Of a stretch of 64,000 nt of DNA, positions 40,900-54,869 are shown in pieces. The notes beneath the pieces are model-generated. The model was not told where the DNA came from, ran no database searches, and was given only the letters and a program-made list of their open reading frames with translations. This DNA is from Octopus sinensis (taxonomy: Eukaryota): NCBI RefSeq assembly GCF_006345805.1, contig NC_043003.1, forward strand, positions 88,784,001 to 88,848,000. Direction: 5' to 3'. Both the position numbers and the translations under genes were made by a program. Position 1 is the stretch's first letter. Every line of letters starts with the position of its first letter.

Positions 40900-41060
40900 T
40901 GTTGGCGGGACATTTTTCGCTCAACACCGCTGTAAGAAGCCATCACTGAACAATTTATAGTGGCACTCAATGACGACTCAACAGGATTGGATTCATTTTG
41001 TAAAACAATAATAATTTTATAAATAATATTCTAAACCAAACCCAGTCGGAAAATGAGCTG
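40900..41060 (+). other. Candidate non-coding first exon of ZYG11
   Basis: Unique, CpG-containing segment ending in CTG|GTAAGT (donor at 41061), upstream of the ZYG11 acceptor. The 5' boundary is unknown. Confidence 0.4.
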
Positions 41061-41911
41061 GTAAGTGAAGTGGGGAAAATGAGACATTTAAATTATTTTG
41101 AGAATTTTTTCCCCCAAGTTGTAATTTTATTATTATTATTTACTATTGTTGATTTTCTTTTAAAAACAGTTTGCTGTGTGAACAAATCTTCCAATCAGCT
41201 GTTATGTAACGTCGCTTTAATAATAATAATAATAATAATAATTTCTAACATAGTTACAAGGCCTGAAATTTGGCAATGATTTCTTACATTGGCACACGGC
41301 CACGATTTTGGGAGGAGGGAGTATATGATATTTAATCGATGCTAACCTAATACTTGACTGATACATATGTCATTGATGACTGAGGTGGGTTGGTAAGGCA
41401 AAGGCGACCCCGGCGAGACTTTAAAAAGAGAAAGAAGACAGAGACATGCTTAATTGACTAAATGCATCATCAGCTGCGAAGAAAGCGATTGAAAAACTTC
41501 AAAAGAATCTCTTTGTGTATGGCGTTAAAGATACAAATAGTCTTATGTAAAATAACAAGAATAAATCAACCAACCACACGATTTCAGCCATTCTCTCTCT
41601 CTCACTTTCCCTCTCTGTAATTATAGCATGTCGTAGCAATTGTAAATGACAAATATATATATGCGTGTGTGTGTGTATTTATATATATAGGTGTGTGCTT
41701 TGATGCGATACGCTTTAGCAGATTTTTTTTATTCGGGTCCGGTAAAACATCCCACTCCAAAATTCTTGTTATATTAACTGTAATCGAAGCAAGGACAGGC
41801 TAGATTGTTATGGAATGGAGTCGTATAATATGTAATAAAGACAAAACCAAATGTTGATATTTTGATATTCTGTTAAGAGGCTGCTGTGATTGCTTCTAAG
41901 TTGAGGAGTAG

Positions 41912-41959
<48 letters not shown>

Positions 41960-43539
41960 GTGTGTTAACTGAATTTATTAAATGCGCAGGCTGTTTTTCT
42001 CTCGTGCATTTTTATCCTGTACAATAAATACTGACTTCAAACAAGACATGATCCCACTTCTTGATTTTTTTTTTTGATTTATCGTCTAATTTTTCTGAAA
42101 ACCTTATCTTCACATATCTCCTAATTAATCACAAGATTCATGCATAAGTAAAAACAATTCCCGTTATTATAACCAGTCAAGTGCTGGCATCGATTATATC
42201 CCTCCTCCTCCAACCAATATTCAATGTTTGGCTTTATGTTCTATTAGAATATCTTAATTATTATGTAAGGTCTCATTATAAAGACGATTGACTTAAGGCT
42301 TTCAGGTATCTTGTAATTCGTAACTTGATGTTTTGGTTTCAAATTGCACAGCCGTCGACTGACATTGTCTTTTAGGCAATCTAGGGTCAATAAAATAAGT
42401 GTCATCAACTATACTAGGTTCGATCATATCGTCTAAACCCTGTTCTTGCATTCAAGATGTAAATATATTCGAACGATGTCGGATATTGACTTTTACATAT
42501 TCTGCTTATTTCCTGTGACAAAATGTGTGTGATACCGAGGTGGATTTAATCGACATGCAAACTTCACTTCAATAAAGCCCTAATGTCTGTTTTAAGCAAT
42601 TGAAAATTTTCTCTTTATTATTATCGCTAAGACGTAAGAGACATCGTAAACGACAGTTCGATTCCTATCGATGTTCATCAAACACGTATTCACACACATA
42701 CACACGTGTATAAAGCGTTCTTGAAGACATTATATGCTAAAAACAAGCGACTCAATACAAACATAGCCAAAAATTATCTTGATATGGTTGACAATGACTT
42801 CGAAGTTTCACTAAAATTTGGCTTTTCAAATTGTTCCATTTATGACAGGATAAAAAAATTTTATTGCAGCAATATTTTATATTATTTATATTATATGTTG
42901 TATAATTTGAAAATAAGCGATGATTATAATAATTCATTTAGGTGTATGACTATCACTAAAAAATCATTGGTTAGTTGTTTCCATTCATTACATCGCTGTA
43001 TACTACACCTTTGATGCAGTCACAAACACGCGTGTCTATTGACACTGAAATACACGCACATTCTCTAACGATACTCTCACTCTCGCGCGCAGTCTCTATT
43101 GACAGGCACAAATTCTCTATTTACACGTGCACACACCTGTATTGACACAGGCACACACTCATACACGCTTCTTTACTGGTGCAGTTACACACCCTGCTTG
43201 TAACGCAGTCACATACATACACGCACATCTTTTGTCAATGCAAACACACGCATACGTCTGTTGAGATACACTCTCCTCTACTGTTAGTAACACACGCACA
43301 CACACACGCATTTCTCTGTTGGTGCTTACACTCATTTCTTTGTTGGTACTTACACATACACGTAGGGGCCGGCGTGACTATGAGGTAGGAAGCATGCTTC
43401 GCAATTACAAAAAAAACTGATAGAATAAGTACCAGGTTGAAAAAATAAGTCCTGTGGTCGAGTTGTTTGACTAAAAACCTTTCAAGTGGTACTCCAGCAT
43501 GGCTGCAGTCAAATGACTGAAACAAGTAAAAGAATAAAT

Positions 43540-44200
43540 GAATATGTGCACTTCTCCAAGTGCTGTGCCCATGGTGTTTGTCCTCTGAGAGGGGTGGGCA
43601 TTGATGTAGTTGATGTTCCTCTTAAACTACTGAAAATTGTAGGCAAAGCATGAGCTGGAAGGGAATTTCCAGAGGGTTGATATTCTAATAAAGAAGGATT
43701 GGTTATAATGACAAGGAGAACATAATATGGGTGATGAAAGAAGGAAAGGCAAGTGAATTGGATATCAGCCTGCTCCAAGGATTTGAGCTCACTTTAGTAA
43801 CAGTAAATGAGAAAATGCAAGGGCCAAATAACAGAGTGTACTGGAGAGTAACTCCATGATAGTCATGTGACCATTTCAAGATGTAGTCTTGGATGTCTGT
43901 ATTTGCAGTAGCATTGACCCAGGTACAGAAGCAACATTCCATTATTGGTTTTACTTGATCCCTATAGACAGTTAGCAGCTGTTGGGAGCTGAAGTATTTT
44001 CTAAAGAAGGCCAGTGTTTGTGATGTTGAGAATGGGCATTCATTTAGAAGTGTCATACTTTAATCTGGTCTTGTAGCTACTGTATGGTACACTGTGTCAT
44101 GCAGTGGTTTAGCTCATGGAATACATTGAAGCAATCAAGATATGTTACATCTTCACTTGGTGAACTTTGTAGAGAGTTAGCAGTTGTAGGCTGAAATATT
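43540..44200 (-). mobile_element. Jockey/CR1-like LINE 3' fragment
   Basis: FFRKYFSSQQLLTVYRDQVKPIMECC..W; related remnants at about 44760-45050 and 51700-52600. Confidence 0.6.
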
Positions 44201-44329
44201 TTCTGGTCTTGAAGGGGAAGACCTGTCTTAGGGATGCAGTTTTTGCTGTGTATGAAATCACCAGGAAAGTTAATCTATGATTGTGTGGCCTTTGAAGGTT
44301 TTAGTTGTGTGTTGTTGTCCCCAAATAGA

Positions 44330-44670
44330 AGTAGTGTGATACAATTGTAAAGTAAAGACCCCACCCTGTTTGATCACGATTGGGAACAAGTCCAGATAAG
44401 ATTGTTTATTGAAGACCAGCAGTTGCCCATGCATACCAGCCTCCTCTCCTCCCCACACCACCAATGTTATCCAAGGGAAAGGTAAAGGCCAATACAGCTT
44501 GCCACCAGTGACATCACAACTCATTTCTACTGCTGAGTGAACTGGAGCAATGTGAAATAAAGTGTCTTACTCAAGAGCACAACACACAACCTAGTCTGGG
44601 AATCGAACTCACTACCTCATGATAGTGAGCCTGACAGTCTAACCACTGAACCATGTACCTTCACAAGTAT
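44330..44670 (-). mobile_element. tRNA-derived SINE
   Basis: Minus-strand head ..TGGTTCAGTGGTTAGACTGTCAGGCTCAC..GAGTTCGATTCCCAGACT. Confidence 0.7.
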
Positions 44671-45214
44671 ATTTCTACTGATATTGATTCAAACAATTCT
44701 GTATGTAGTAGATCTTCATCGTCACTTTAACACCACTAGCTGGCCTTTAGTGCCACAGTGATGTGCACTTGTGAGAATTTCGACCAGGTTTTTAGCCTGG
44801 GAGTGACACAGTATCTTGATAAAATGCTTCCTACTGCACCTTCCTTTGCAGAGTGCCACATTTTATGTTTATTAGAAGGTACAAGTGGAAATGATTTTTT
44901 AGTGGAAGCCTGCTGTCAGATACAACAAACACCTAGCCCAGGTAACAGTTCAGGAAATTGCTGAACCTATTGGTAAGCCTATGCCCATCGACTGACTTCT
45001 AGCTGGGCCACTTACTAGGATTGAAAAAATGATCAAAAATACTCCATTGAAGTAAAGATTGTTTGCCAACATAACATGGAATTCCTGGTTTAGGACAAAT
45101 TTTGCTGTAATTTAGCCCCAGGAGACATCATCTCCATCTGGCTATACATCGCGATCTGTGTCCTTATATTTTCGAACAAGGAAATCTAGCACCCCCACTC
45201 AGCTTGAAACAATA

Positions 45215-45259
45215 TCTGTGTATCGTGATTTCTGGGTTATTTCTCTTCATCAGCACAGA
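45215..45259 (-). ncRNA. Minimal type-I hammerhead motif
   Basis: TCTGTG CTGATGA agagaaataaccca GAAA TCACGA TA CACAGA; perfect 6-bp helix I, stem II mismatched. Confidence 0.6.
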
Positions 45260-45662
45260 ATAATTGTTCGGCTGCCAAATTCCTGTTTGAAATATATAGT
45301 TTTCAAAGTGACAGCTCACATACTATTTTTAAATCTCACAACAAGAGATATTCAGCAACAGTATTTTGTAGTAAAGATTGTTTGCCCACATAACATGGCA
45401 GTCCTGGTTTAGGACGAATGTTGCTGTAATTTAGCCCCAGGAGACATTGTCTCCAGTTGGCTGTACAACACGATCTGTGTCCTTATATTTTCGAACAAGG
45501 GAATCTAGCACCCCCACTCAGCTCAAAACAATATCTACGTATTACATTGTGAGATTTAGAAATAGTAATTTTCTAGTTTATAGATCAGTGACTAGTTGTT
45601 ACTTTGAAAATTATATATTTCAAACAGAAATTTGGCAGCGCCACCTCTAGCCAAACAATTAT

Positions 45663-45707
45663 TCTATGCTGATGAAGGGAAATAACCTGGAAATCGCGAT
45701 ACACAGA
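45663..45707 (+). ncRNA. Minimal type-I hammerhead motif
   Basis: TCTATG CTGATGA agggaaataacctg GAAA TCGCGA TA CACAGA; palindromic ATCGCGAT helix III. Confidence 0.65.
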
Positions 45708-47688
45708 TATTGTTTTGAGCTGAGTGGGGGTGCTAGATTCCCTTGTTCGAAAATATAAGGACACAGATCATGTCATATAGCCAGCTGGAGATGATGTCTC
45801 CTGGGGCTAAATTACAGAAATATTTGTCTTAAACCAAGACTGCCATGTTATGTTGGCAAAAAACCTTTACTACAAAGTACTGTTACTGAATATCTCTTGT
45901 TGTGAGATTTAAAAACAGTAATTTTCTAATACTCCATTGAGTTGTGGTTCCCCCCAACCACCAGTTTTGGAGGTTCTATACTCATTGTGAGTGGTGCACA
46001 TCCTCCATTGTCTAAGTTTTCTCATTTAAGTGGTTGGTTTTACTCTAGTGTGTCTGGTTTTGTTTATTATAAACTCTGAACCATCTTGATAGTAATGGTA
46101 AATGAGGTAAAGACAAGTCCATGTAACCTACATGTGAACACTTAGATTTTTGCTTTTTCTTTCAAAAATCAGGTACTCACTGCCAAAATTCTAATGTTTC
46201 ATGTGAGTCCTCAAACTGGTTTTCATTACCATGTCAGGGTTTGGCTCTGGTTGCATAGGATTATGTTAAAGATTAACTTCTCACTTAATAGGATAGTTAA
46301 ATAAGAGGGGTGTACATGAGAAGTGGAGACAAATGTTTCAGACAGAGACCTATCATCACCATTTCATTTTTGATGTAAGACTTTTACCTTGAAATATTTT
46401 TCTTCACTTCATCTGAGAACTCCTCAATGTACTCCTGATATATTTTTATTTCCAGTTGGTAAAATAGCATGTAAATTATGTAGATTGCTTAAATATAATT
46501 TAATGTTTGTAGTTGATTTGATCTGGAGTACTTTTTTACTTTTTCACCGGTAGTGTCTGGAGGAACAGAAAGTGTCCAAGGCCATCACGGGCTCTGAAAC
46601 CAAGAGATTGATGCCATTAAGGTTCTTATGGAAACTTTATTAATTCAACACTTACAAGAAAGATATGGTCAGGGAGGGGGTTCCAGACGACTGACATTCT
46701 TGGAAAGTGGGACTGGGTATAGTGCAGAACCTGGGAGATTGGACACAACAAGGGAGTGTCTGAGTAGTGGCTATCTTTTTCCTAATCCAATCCAGGTTAC
46801 TCTTATTTACTGCAATCATAACCCCAAATTCCTGAAATATCCAAACATTTGCTGCAATAGAAGAGTATGCACAATATAATCCAAGCTTAGATTTTTAAAA
46901 CACACATGCATATATATTACACACACACACATATCATATGTAAGTGTGCATATATGAATCAATTGAATTTCAAATTACTAATATTAAGGATTTGTACTTC
47001 CTGCCCATCACATCTTCCCTATCTTCTCTCTCCTTTCTTTCGTCTCTTTTTCTTCTCTTTCTCTCCTACTGAGGTAGCTGTTTATCTTCTTAACTTCAAG
47101 ATATCTATTTCTTTCCCTCTACTTATACTCCTCTTAAGTGGCATAAAGCCACCTTCCTGAATACTACTCCCTTTGTTGAAGGATTTTGTAAGTTGTTTGG
47201 TGACCTCATTGTTGCTGGTGTCGTGTAAAAAGCACCCAGTCTACATTGTGAAGTGGTTGGCATTAGGAATGGTATCTTGCTGTAAAAACCATGTCAAAGC
47301 AGACAGTAGAACTTAGTGCATTCTTCTGACTTGCCAGCTCTTGTCAAACCAAAAATGTTCATAGAAGGCAAGTACTGATGATAATGAAGTTACTTTTATA
47401 ATTAAAAAAATTTTTTGAGTAATTTTTGAAGTTTGTTCAGTAAAATGTAGAAAACCAAAATATAAAACACAAATAAATAGAAACTTAATGTAAAGACAAT
47501 TACACAGTTGTGTTGGTTATTATGTAATGGTTATTAATTGTTGGCAATAATACCAGTTTAACTTGGAGATAAATTTACAAATATTTGTATATTCTAATGA
47601 TATCAGTCTTCACTTTGGTAGTTTTCATTGTTTCTTTCTAATTTTTGTTTGTTTCTTGCTTCTAATTTTTCAGTTTTTACTAGGCACC

Positions 47689-48539
47689 ATGTATGATACT
47701 CCAAACAGCCTCCAAGACTGTTGTGTTGATTTTATTTGTGACAACATTGGAAACTTGTGTCAGGTACAACCTGGAGTGGAAAAAAGCAACCGGAAGCTTG
47801 TATTCAAAGACCCTGATGTTTGTTTTCATGGAAAATTATCAGAACAAATTCTGCAGAGTTTGTGTGAAAAGGGTAAGCTAAATGATGAAACATTAAGTTT
47901 ATTTGACCCAAGTGTTTCTATCTTGAAACGAGTGTCAATTCGCGATGCTCAGCTCACAACAAAAGGCCTACGGATATTAAAGTCACATAAAATATCTGAA
48001 CTGGAAATAACCGGTTTGAAATCAGTAGCTGTAAATGATGTTATTGGCTGTCTTGGAGAGTGGACACTTTCTAACTTGCGAATGTTGAATGTAAGTAATA
48101 GTACTTTTATTAGTAGCAACAAGTATTGTGTGGTCATATCATTGGCAAAACTTCAAAACTTACAAAGCCTCAATGTTAGTAACACAGAATTTAATAAACA
48201 CGGACTTGAAATAATAGTAGATGAGTTACCTACTCTTGAAAGTCTTGACATATCAGGTACTCCTATCAATGACATTTCTCCCTTAAGAAAATGCAAAGAT
48301 CGGTTACGTTGCTTGTCTATGTACAATTTGCGGGCATCACATAATGATGAGTTGGTGTCGATATTATGTGAATTATCCAAACTGACCCACCTCGATGTAT
48401 CTGATAGTGATGCACAGACGTTTGTCAGCACACAGACACGATTTAGAATACAAGAACTACTTGTGCGTAAAACCTGTCTACCAAATTTAACCTCTTTAGA
48501 TATATCTGGGAAAGAAGAAATATCTGAAGTGATATTATT
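47689..48539 (+). CDS. ZYG11: Protein zyg-11 homolog (ZYG11B-like CRL2 substrate receptor), first coding exon, LRR region
   Basis: Acceptor(s) at 47672-73 or 47682-83, then CACCATG. MYDTPNSLQDCCVDF (BC-box-like), GKLNDETLSLF, LPTLESLDISGTPINDISPLRKCKDRLRCLSM and LPNLTSLDISGK match ZYG11B as I recall it. Phase-2 donor TT|GTAAGT. No further exons recognised in the window. Confidence 0.9.
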
Positions 48540-49289
48540 GTAAGTATTGCAGCTTTTCTTTTACTTCAGTTGTTGTGAGTTTTTTTGTTTAGTAATTTCT
48601 TTCATATTGTCAATGAAACATACTGTATATGTAGAGGATATATAGCAATTGATGGAACGTCGTCATTTGAGTATGTGGATTTAGTTATTCAATTAACTGA
48701 ATTACCTGCTATTGAACTAACTTGTAAGTGGCTGAGCATTCCATAGACACATGAGCCTGTAATATAATTTTGAAGTACAATCAGTGTGACATAGTGTATA
48801 GAATGGCTGTAGCTTTTGAATTACTGGTAAATCTTTCTAATAGGCTCCTATGCAATATTTGTATACCCAATTTCTCTCACAAAGAATGGATTGACCTAAG
48901 ACTATAGAAAATTACATTTTCCCAAGGTCAGTTATGATAACATAATAATTTACAGACAGAATTACATAAGATGACAGTCAAAGGAAAGGAGTTGTGCTTA
49001 TAGGCCATTCATCTCTTACCTTTGTGGAAAAAGACAACACATGTTAAAGCTATGATGATGGTATTCCAATTTGTGTTGAGTGATCCAAGGTGCATAATTA
49101 CTGACTGAAAAGGGTTAAATTTTCAAAATTTGTCATGAACATAATAATGATTTTATTCAATGCATCTGTAAGTAATAATATTTCTGAGGAGGGTATCAAA
49201 GACAAGTTACAGCAGTTTAGTAATTTTGATATTGTTGGTACTGGAAGAAGTCTACCACCAACACTTCATTGAGTTCATGGTTCAACAGC

Positions 49290-50460
49290 CAGAGAGCTGC
49301 ATCAGGTTCCAGTCTGACTTGGCTTGGTTTCTATGGCTTGATGCCCTTTCTAATGCCAACCACTTTACAGTGTGTGCTGAGTGCTTTTAATGTGGCACTG
49401 GCATTGGTGTTTTTATGTGTGCCAGCATGAGTGCTTTTTATGTAGTATAGGTATAGGGCTCTTGCAGGCCAATCATTTTCAGCAGTGGGAGCAGCATTAA
49501 TACATCTGTTGTGGAGGAAGGGTCATCTTGAGTACAGCAAGGTGCCACATATCTTGGTCTCTTTGTCATCTCCTCCATAAGGTTCAGTGTCCTGAGATTA
49601 TGAGATTATCCTTCAGTACTTCATACCATGTCTTCCTGGGTCTCCCTCTTCCATGAGTTCCATCCACTTAGTGAAGCTGTTGACATCCATCTGCATCACA
49701 TGACCAAACTAGTGCAGTCTTCTCTCTTGTACACTGCATCCAATTCCTCTTATGCCTAACTTTTCTCTTAACACACTAGCACTCTGTTGCACATGTACAC
49801 TTACATTGCACATCCAGCAGAGTGATATTACAGAATTTATCTTGACAATACTAAAATCAAGACTATATTTGTGTGTGTGTGAAGAAATATAGTTAACTCA
49901 ACTTACTCAGTATATTACTGGTACAATAATCATCATTGTCATTATCATTATTTGCCCCTTTTTCTATATTTGATTTATATGGACAAGTCTTCTCTAATAC
50001 TGCATCATGTCATCCCCTTCATGATGTCATCCTTCATATGCAACACATGTTAAAAGTTGTTCAGTCTTCTGTTTTCCACAGTTTTTATCTTCACTTCATT
50101 TGTGCTTTTCATTCATACACATTAAGGTTACTCATCTAGCAGAGCATACTTGCCTTGTTTCAATTCACTCTTCACATATCCTCCACAACCATGCTCTTCG
50201 CTCACAAACTCAGTTTCTTAAACTTCTTACTCTCCTTAACTTTACTCTGGCTTCTATGCTTTTGCAGCACTTACCTCCAAAGCTGATTAGGTTATCAAGG
50301 TAAAAGAAACTGTTAATTATTTTTAGCCAGCTTTTTGGGCATTTAAGAGGTTTCTCATCTACACTCCCTTTTTTTGTACTACTATCAATCGCCTTCTCCC
50401 TAACATACTCCAATTTCCTTCATCTTCCCTATCTCCAAACTGAGATTCACCACTGACCAC
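49290..50460 (-). mobile_element. Degraded RTE LINE 3' fragments within ZYG11 intron
   Basis: Reverse complement of RTE RT end (ctgcaccacttgatg-type, catgtcttcctgggtctccc) and 3' UTR. Confidence 0.65.
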
Positions 50461-53400
50461 ATCTTCATCCATATTCACCATTCACTTTTATCCCCATCTC
50501 TAACCATCTATCACTTTCCCTTCACATTTTCATGAACTTACCCATCTTTCTCAATCCTCTTTCCATATTCTTTCTTATATCCATGTTCTTGTACCTTGAG
50601 AGTACAATTGTTTTTTCTCCCTTTCAAGTTGGGAAAGCCAGGTATCTCCTCTACAGGAAGACACCTGCCCCCCACCCCCATCATACCTTACTTTCTCTAC
50701 ATCTGGCACAAAGTCATCTCCCTCAATACTTTTGTCTCACTCTGTTGAAGGGCTTTTCTTCATCTTGGAATTTAATAGTAACTTCATTAGTGCTGGTGTT
50801 ATGAAAAAAGTACTCAGTACTGGCATCAGGAAAGACATCCAGCTGCAGAAACTAATGTCTGCTTTGGCAGACATTAGAGCTCAATCCAGTCCTCTGACTT
50901 ATCAGATCCTGTTGAACTGTTCAGCCCATGCCATCATGGAAGCCTGACATTAAATGATGATGATAGTGCCCTTACTGTTAACTGTTTCTGTGTACCTGCT
51001 GTTAATGGAGTCCTCTATCAACTAGTGCACCTCTTGTGCACCCATAGTTTACATAGAATGGTTTACATTGATTGCACAGTATCAAGATCTTATTACCCAT
51101 TGCTGACAGTGTTTATACAGAATACAGATCTTGACTCCTTATCTGAATATTAAGTAGGATCCTCTCTTGCTAAAACTTTTGTTAGGTAATTGAGATGCTA
51201 GTATCTCAATTCTAGACTTGGCTTCCAATTTAGAAATCTAATTTTTCAAACTATTCAGCTATGAAAACTAGGCCATGAACATACAAAAGTTCACTCAGAC
51301 ACTGGTCTTAAAGTCCTCTGTTATTTTTACTGGTTTGGAAGTAGCTGTACTCATGGCCTTTGTAGGCTCTCCAAATCTATGAGGAGGGCACTGTTAAGGT
51401 TACTCTTAAAGATTTGCAAATATATAGCTGCAGGGAGGAAATTCCAGAGTTAGGAAGAACTGGCTGTAGTGTTTAGTGTGAGATGGCAGTTGAATGGACA
51501 CTACATAAATGATGAAGGAAGGAGAGATGAATGGAATGCATTGAGAGTGACTGAGTGGAGATGGTATGAGAGTAGCTGGCTCCAAAGAAACAAGACACTA
51601 GTAGTGGTAGGAAAACCACAGTATGTCTGTGGCAGAGAGTTTGGAGTTTATAAGTGATGTTGTGTCAATCACTTGAATACAGGCTAGTATATCCCTCTGT
51701 GTTGCAGTTGTGGAAACAGTACCATTGTGGGTCTTACTTGACTTTTGAAAAAGTTACTAGTTAAGGGCTGAAATTTTTTCTGGTTTTGAAGAGGAAGATA
51801 AGTTTTTCTGATACTGTTTTAGTTATCTTGAAGAGATATACTCTTCAGGAGAGATCCTCAGTGATGGGATGACCTAACATTTGAGAAAACTAGTCATTTG
51901 AAAACTAGTTATGTTTGGGTTGTAGTAATGTTTTATTAATATGTGTAATGGTTGGAAAACAAGACTGGTATGACTCCATTAGCAGATGTTTTGCGGACTC
52001 TCTGTATAGCATCTGGGCTGATTTGGTATGAGGTGCCTGGGTTGCATATAGATGCTGGAAGTTGGGGAGGAATGAAGAGTAAAATCATATTTGTAAGAAT
52101 GAGTTGGTGAAATTGACTGTAAGAAGGTTTTTGATGGAGGAAAGAATGCAGAGGACAGGAGTGAACCTTGGGGAACACCAGAGTAGATACAGTGACATTT
52201 GTAGAGAGCTCAATCAACACACTGCAATGGTATAATCTGACAAGGAGTCACAGCTCTCTCTACAAGATAAGAAATGGATGGGGCTCATAGACATTTTTTA
52301 AAGATTTGCTTGCCAGACAAAAGCTTCACTGGCAACAAGGATAACAACAGTTTTTACCAAATTTTGTGAGCACAAGAGCCTGCTGGTGATTGAGGAAGGA
52401 GAGTAAGTCTCCAGTAGATCTGGCTTTATGAAAGCCAGAGAAATAGACTTTCTCAACTCCAGCACATTTTTAAAGATCAAGGATATATACCTAGAGAGCG
52501 GTGGTGAAAGAGACAGAGAGAATTTGGTTTGAGTACAGGTTAGCACTGATATCCATTGATGGATGTTGTCAGGATTGGTGACCTTGTTAGTTGGAAGTGA
52601 CAGGCAAGAATACTTGCATGGGACCTAATGTACAGGAGGGATCTGGAAAACTGAAATACAAAGGAGGGACCTGGAGAACTGTAATGAACGAGTGGAATAT
52701 GGAGAATTGTATAAAAAGCATGAGAAACCTGGACACAGTGGGTTACTGGGTAGACAAGCCTTCAAAATATAGAGATTTTCCAAAAACAATATGCGGTTCA
52801 GCAACAACAAAAAAAAACTTATGCTTATATCTTTATCCAATAATTTTTCATGAGCATTCAAATTTAATTAAAAGCAGGCAAATTTCGTTTGAAAATAACA
52901 AGCTAAATATTTATTGACAATTTGAGAAAAAATATGTATTACTAATTTTTAATGACAAAAATTTATTTTAAACTCCATAACTGCTAGTAATTTCCTACTT
53001 ACAGCCTAAAACAGGTCAATTTTAATAGTTTTGTTAGCTTTTTTAGCTTGTGAGGCTCTTGTTGCAGAAATCTGTTGAGAAATCAAGAAAATTTGTATCT
53101 TTAGGAATATTATTTAAACACAAGAGTAAAAATAATTTGGAAATATAGCGAACCTCAGTACAACACCATATATTATTCTGTAAGCTCACAGTAAAAGCTT
53201 TCAGAAAAACACAAGTTTTAGTTTTGGATCTCTTCCAGTTTTAAAGGTACAAAGTGTGAGAAAATTTAGCTTGCAACTAGAGGACTTCATAATTTTGAAA
53301 AACTGGAGTTTGCATTTTATATATATAAAAAAAATATAATTGATTCAACCAATGTTGAACTAGCATACTTAATCAATGACAAATGCACTCAAATACATCC

Positions 53401-54318
53401 ACTGAGAAAATCTGGAGCCAAAAGATACAATGTTTAAAGGAACCCCAAAAGCTGCAACAAAAAAATTTTTGTATCCACTAGTTTTCATAAACTTAAATTT
53501 CAATAATTCACAAATGATGTTTAAGAAATCAGACAATATTGATGTCACACATATTTCATCTGCCTATTGAATGAAGCAATCACTTTTAATTCAAAAGAGT
53601 ATTTTTGCATATAGGAAATATCCCATCTGACTTAAATACTTGCTCTGCAACAAAAAATTTAACATTTCTTATTATGTACAAAGAAAACCTATATTTTGGA
53701 AAAATAACTTCCATACCTCACAAAACTATTCGGAGGAATAAAACATTGAGTTCAGTGGTGCTGTTATAATAATTACTCAGATGTGAAATAATAAAACAAA
53801 CTTACATCAATTTCCATTTCTGCCATATTTTTATTGCAGCTCAAATGTCCTTTATACAACATTTTTTACTGGTCAAATGTCCTTTATACAACATTGTTTG
53901 CAGTCAGGCCACCCTTTTCAGCATTTAAAATTTTTTTCATCAAGTACATAAATACATTATCCTCTAACTCAACTACAATGCATCTTGGGAAATGAAAAAA
54001 TTTTATGATGTTTCTGTCCATAATTTCTATGTTGAAACTAAATAAATTTACTTATTCCAAATCAACAACATTAGTCAAACTGTATAATGCTTCCCTTCCC
54101 AGTTCAGTCCCACTGTGTGGCACCTTGGGTATGTGTCTTCTACTCGGATGACCGAAGCCTTGTGAGTGGATTTGGTAGACAGAAACTGAAAGAAGCCCGA
54201 CGTATATATATAAGTATATATATGGGTATATATGTATATAAGTATATATATGTATATATATATATGTATATATATATATGTATATATATGTATATATATA
54301 TATATATGTATATATATG

Positions 54319-54351
<33 letters not shown>

Positions 54352-54513
54352 GTATATATATGTATGTATATATATATATATGTATATATATGTATGTATA
54401 TATATATATGTATGTATATATATATATATATGTATGTATATATATATATATATGTATATATATGTATATATAATATATATATATGTATATATATGTATAT
54501 ATATATGTATATA

Positions 54514-54544
<31 letters not shown>

Positions 54545-54683
54545 TATGTGTATATATATATATGTATATATATGTATATATATTATATATATATATATGT
54601 GTATATATATATATGTATATATATGATAATGTATATATATATATATGTATATATGTATATATGTATTATATATGTATATAATG

Positions 54684-54725
<42 letters not shown>

Positions 54726-54812
54726 TGTATATATATGTATATATATATATATATATTATGTATATATATATATATATATGTATATATATGTATATATATA
54801 TTATATATATTG

Positions 54813-54849
<37 letters not shown>

Positions 54850-54869
54850 GTATATATATATATATCATA

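Larger units (their letters stand above)
45052..45930. mobile_element. Non-coding HHR-bearing 319-nt monomer array (1.5 direct copies plus an inverted copy of more than 1 unit); retrozyme-like/PLE pLTR-derived
   Basis: gtaaagattgtttgcc at 45052 and 45371 (period 319). 45550-45930 is inverted and reads through the monomer junction. HHRs at 45215-45259 (-) and 45663-45707 (+). Confidence 0.8.

Noticed and set aside
46100-46880. Possible Tx1/L1 endonuclease remnant on the minus strand
   Set aside because: Too degraded for a confident motif assignment.
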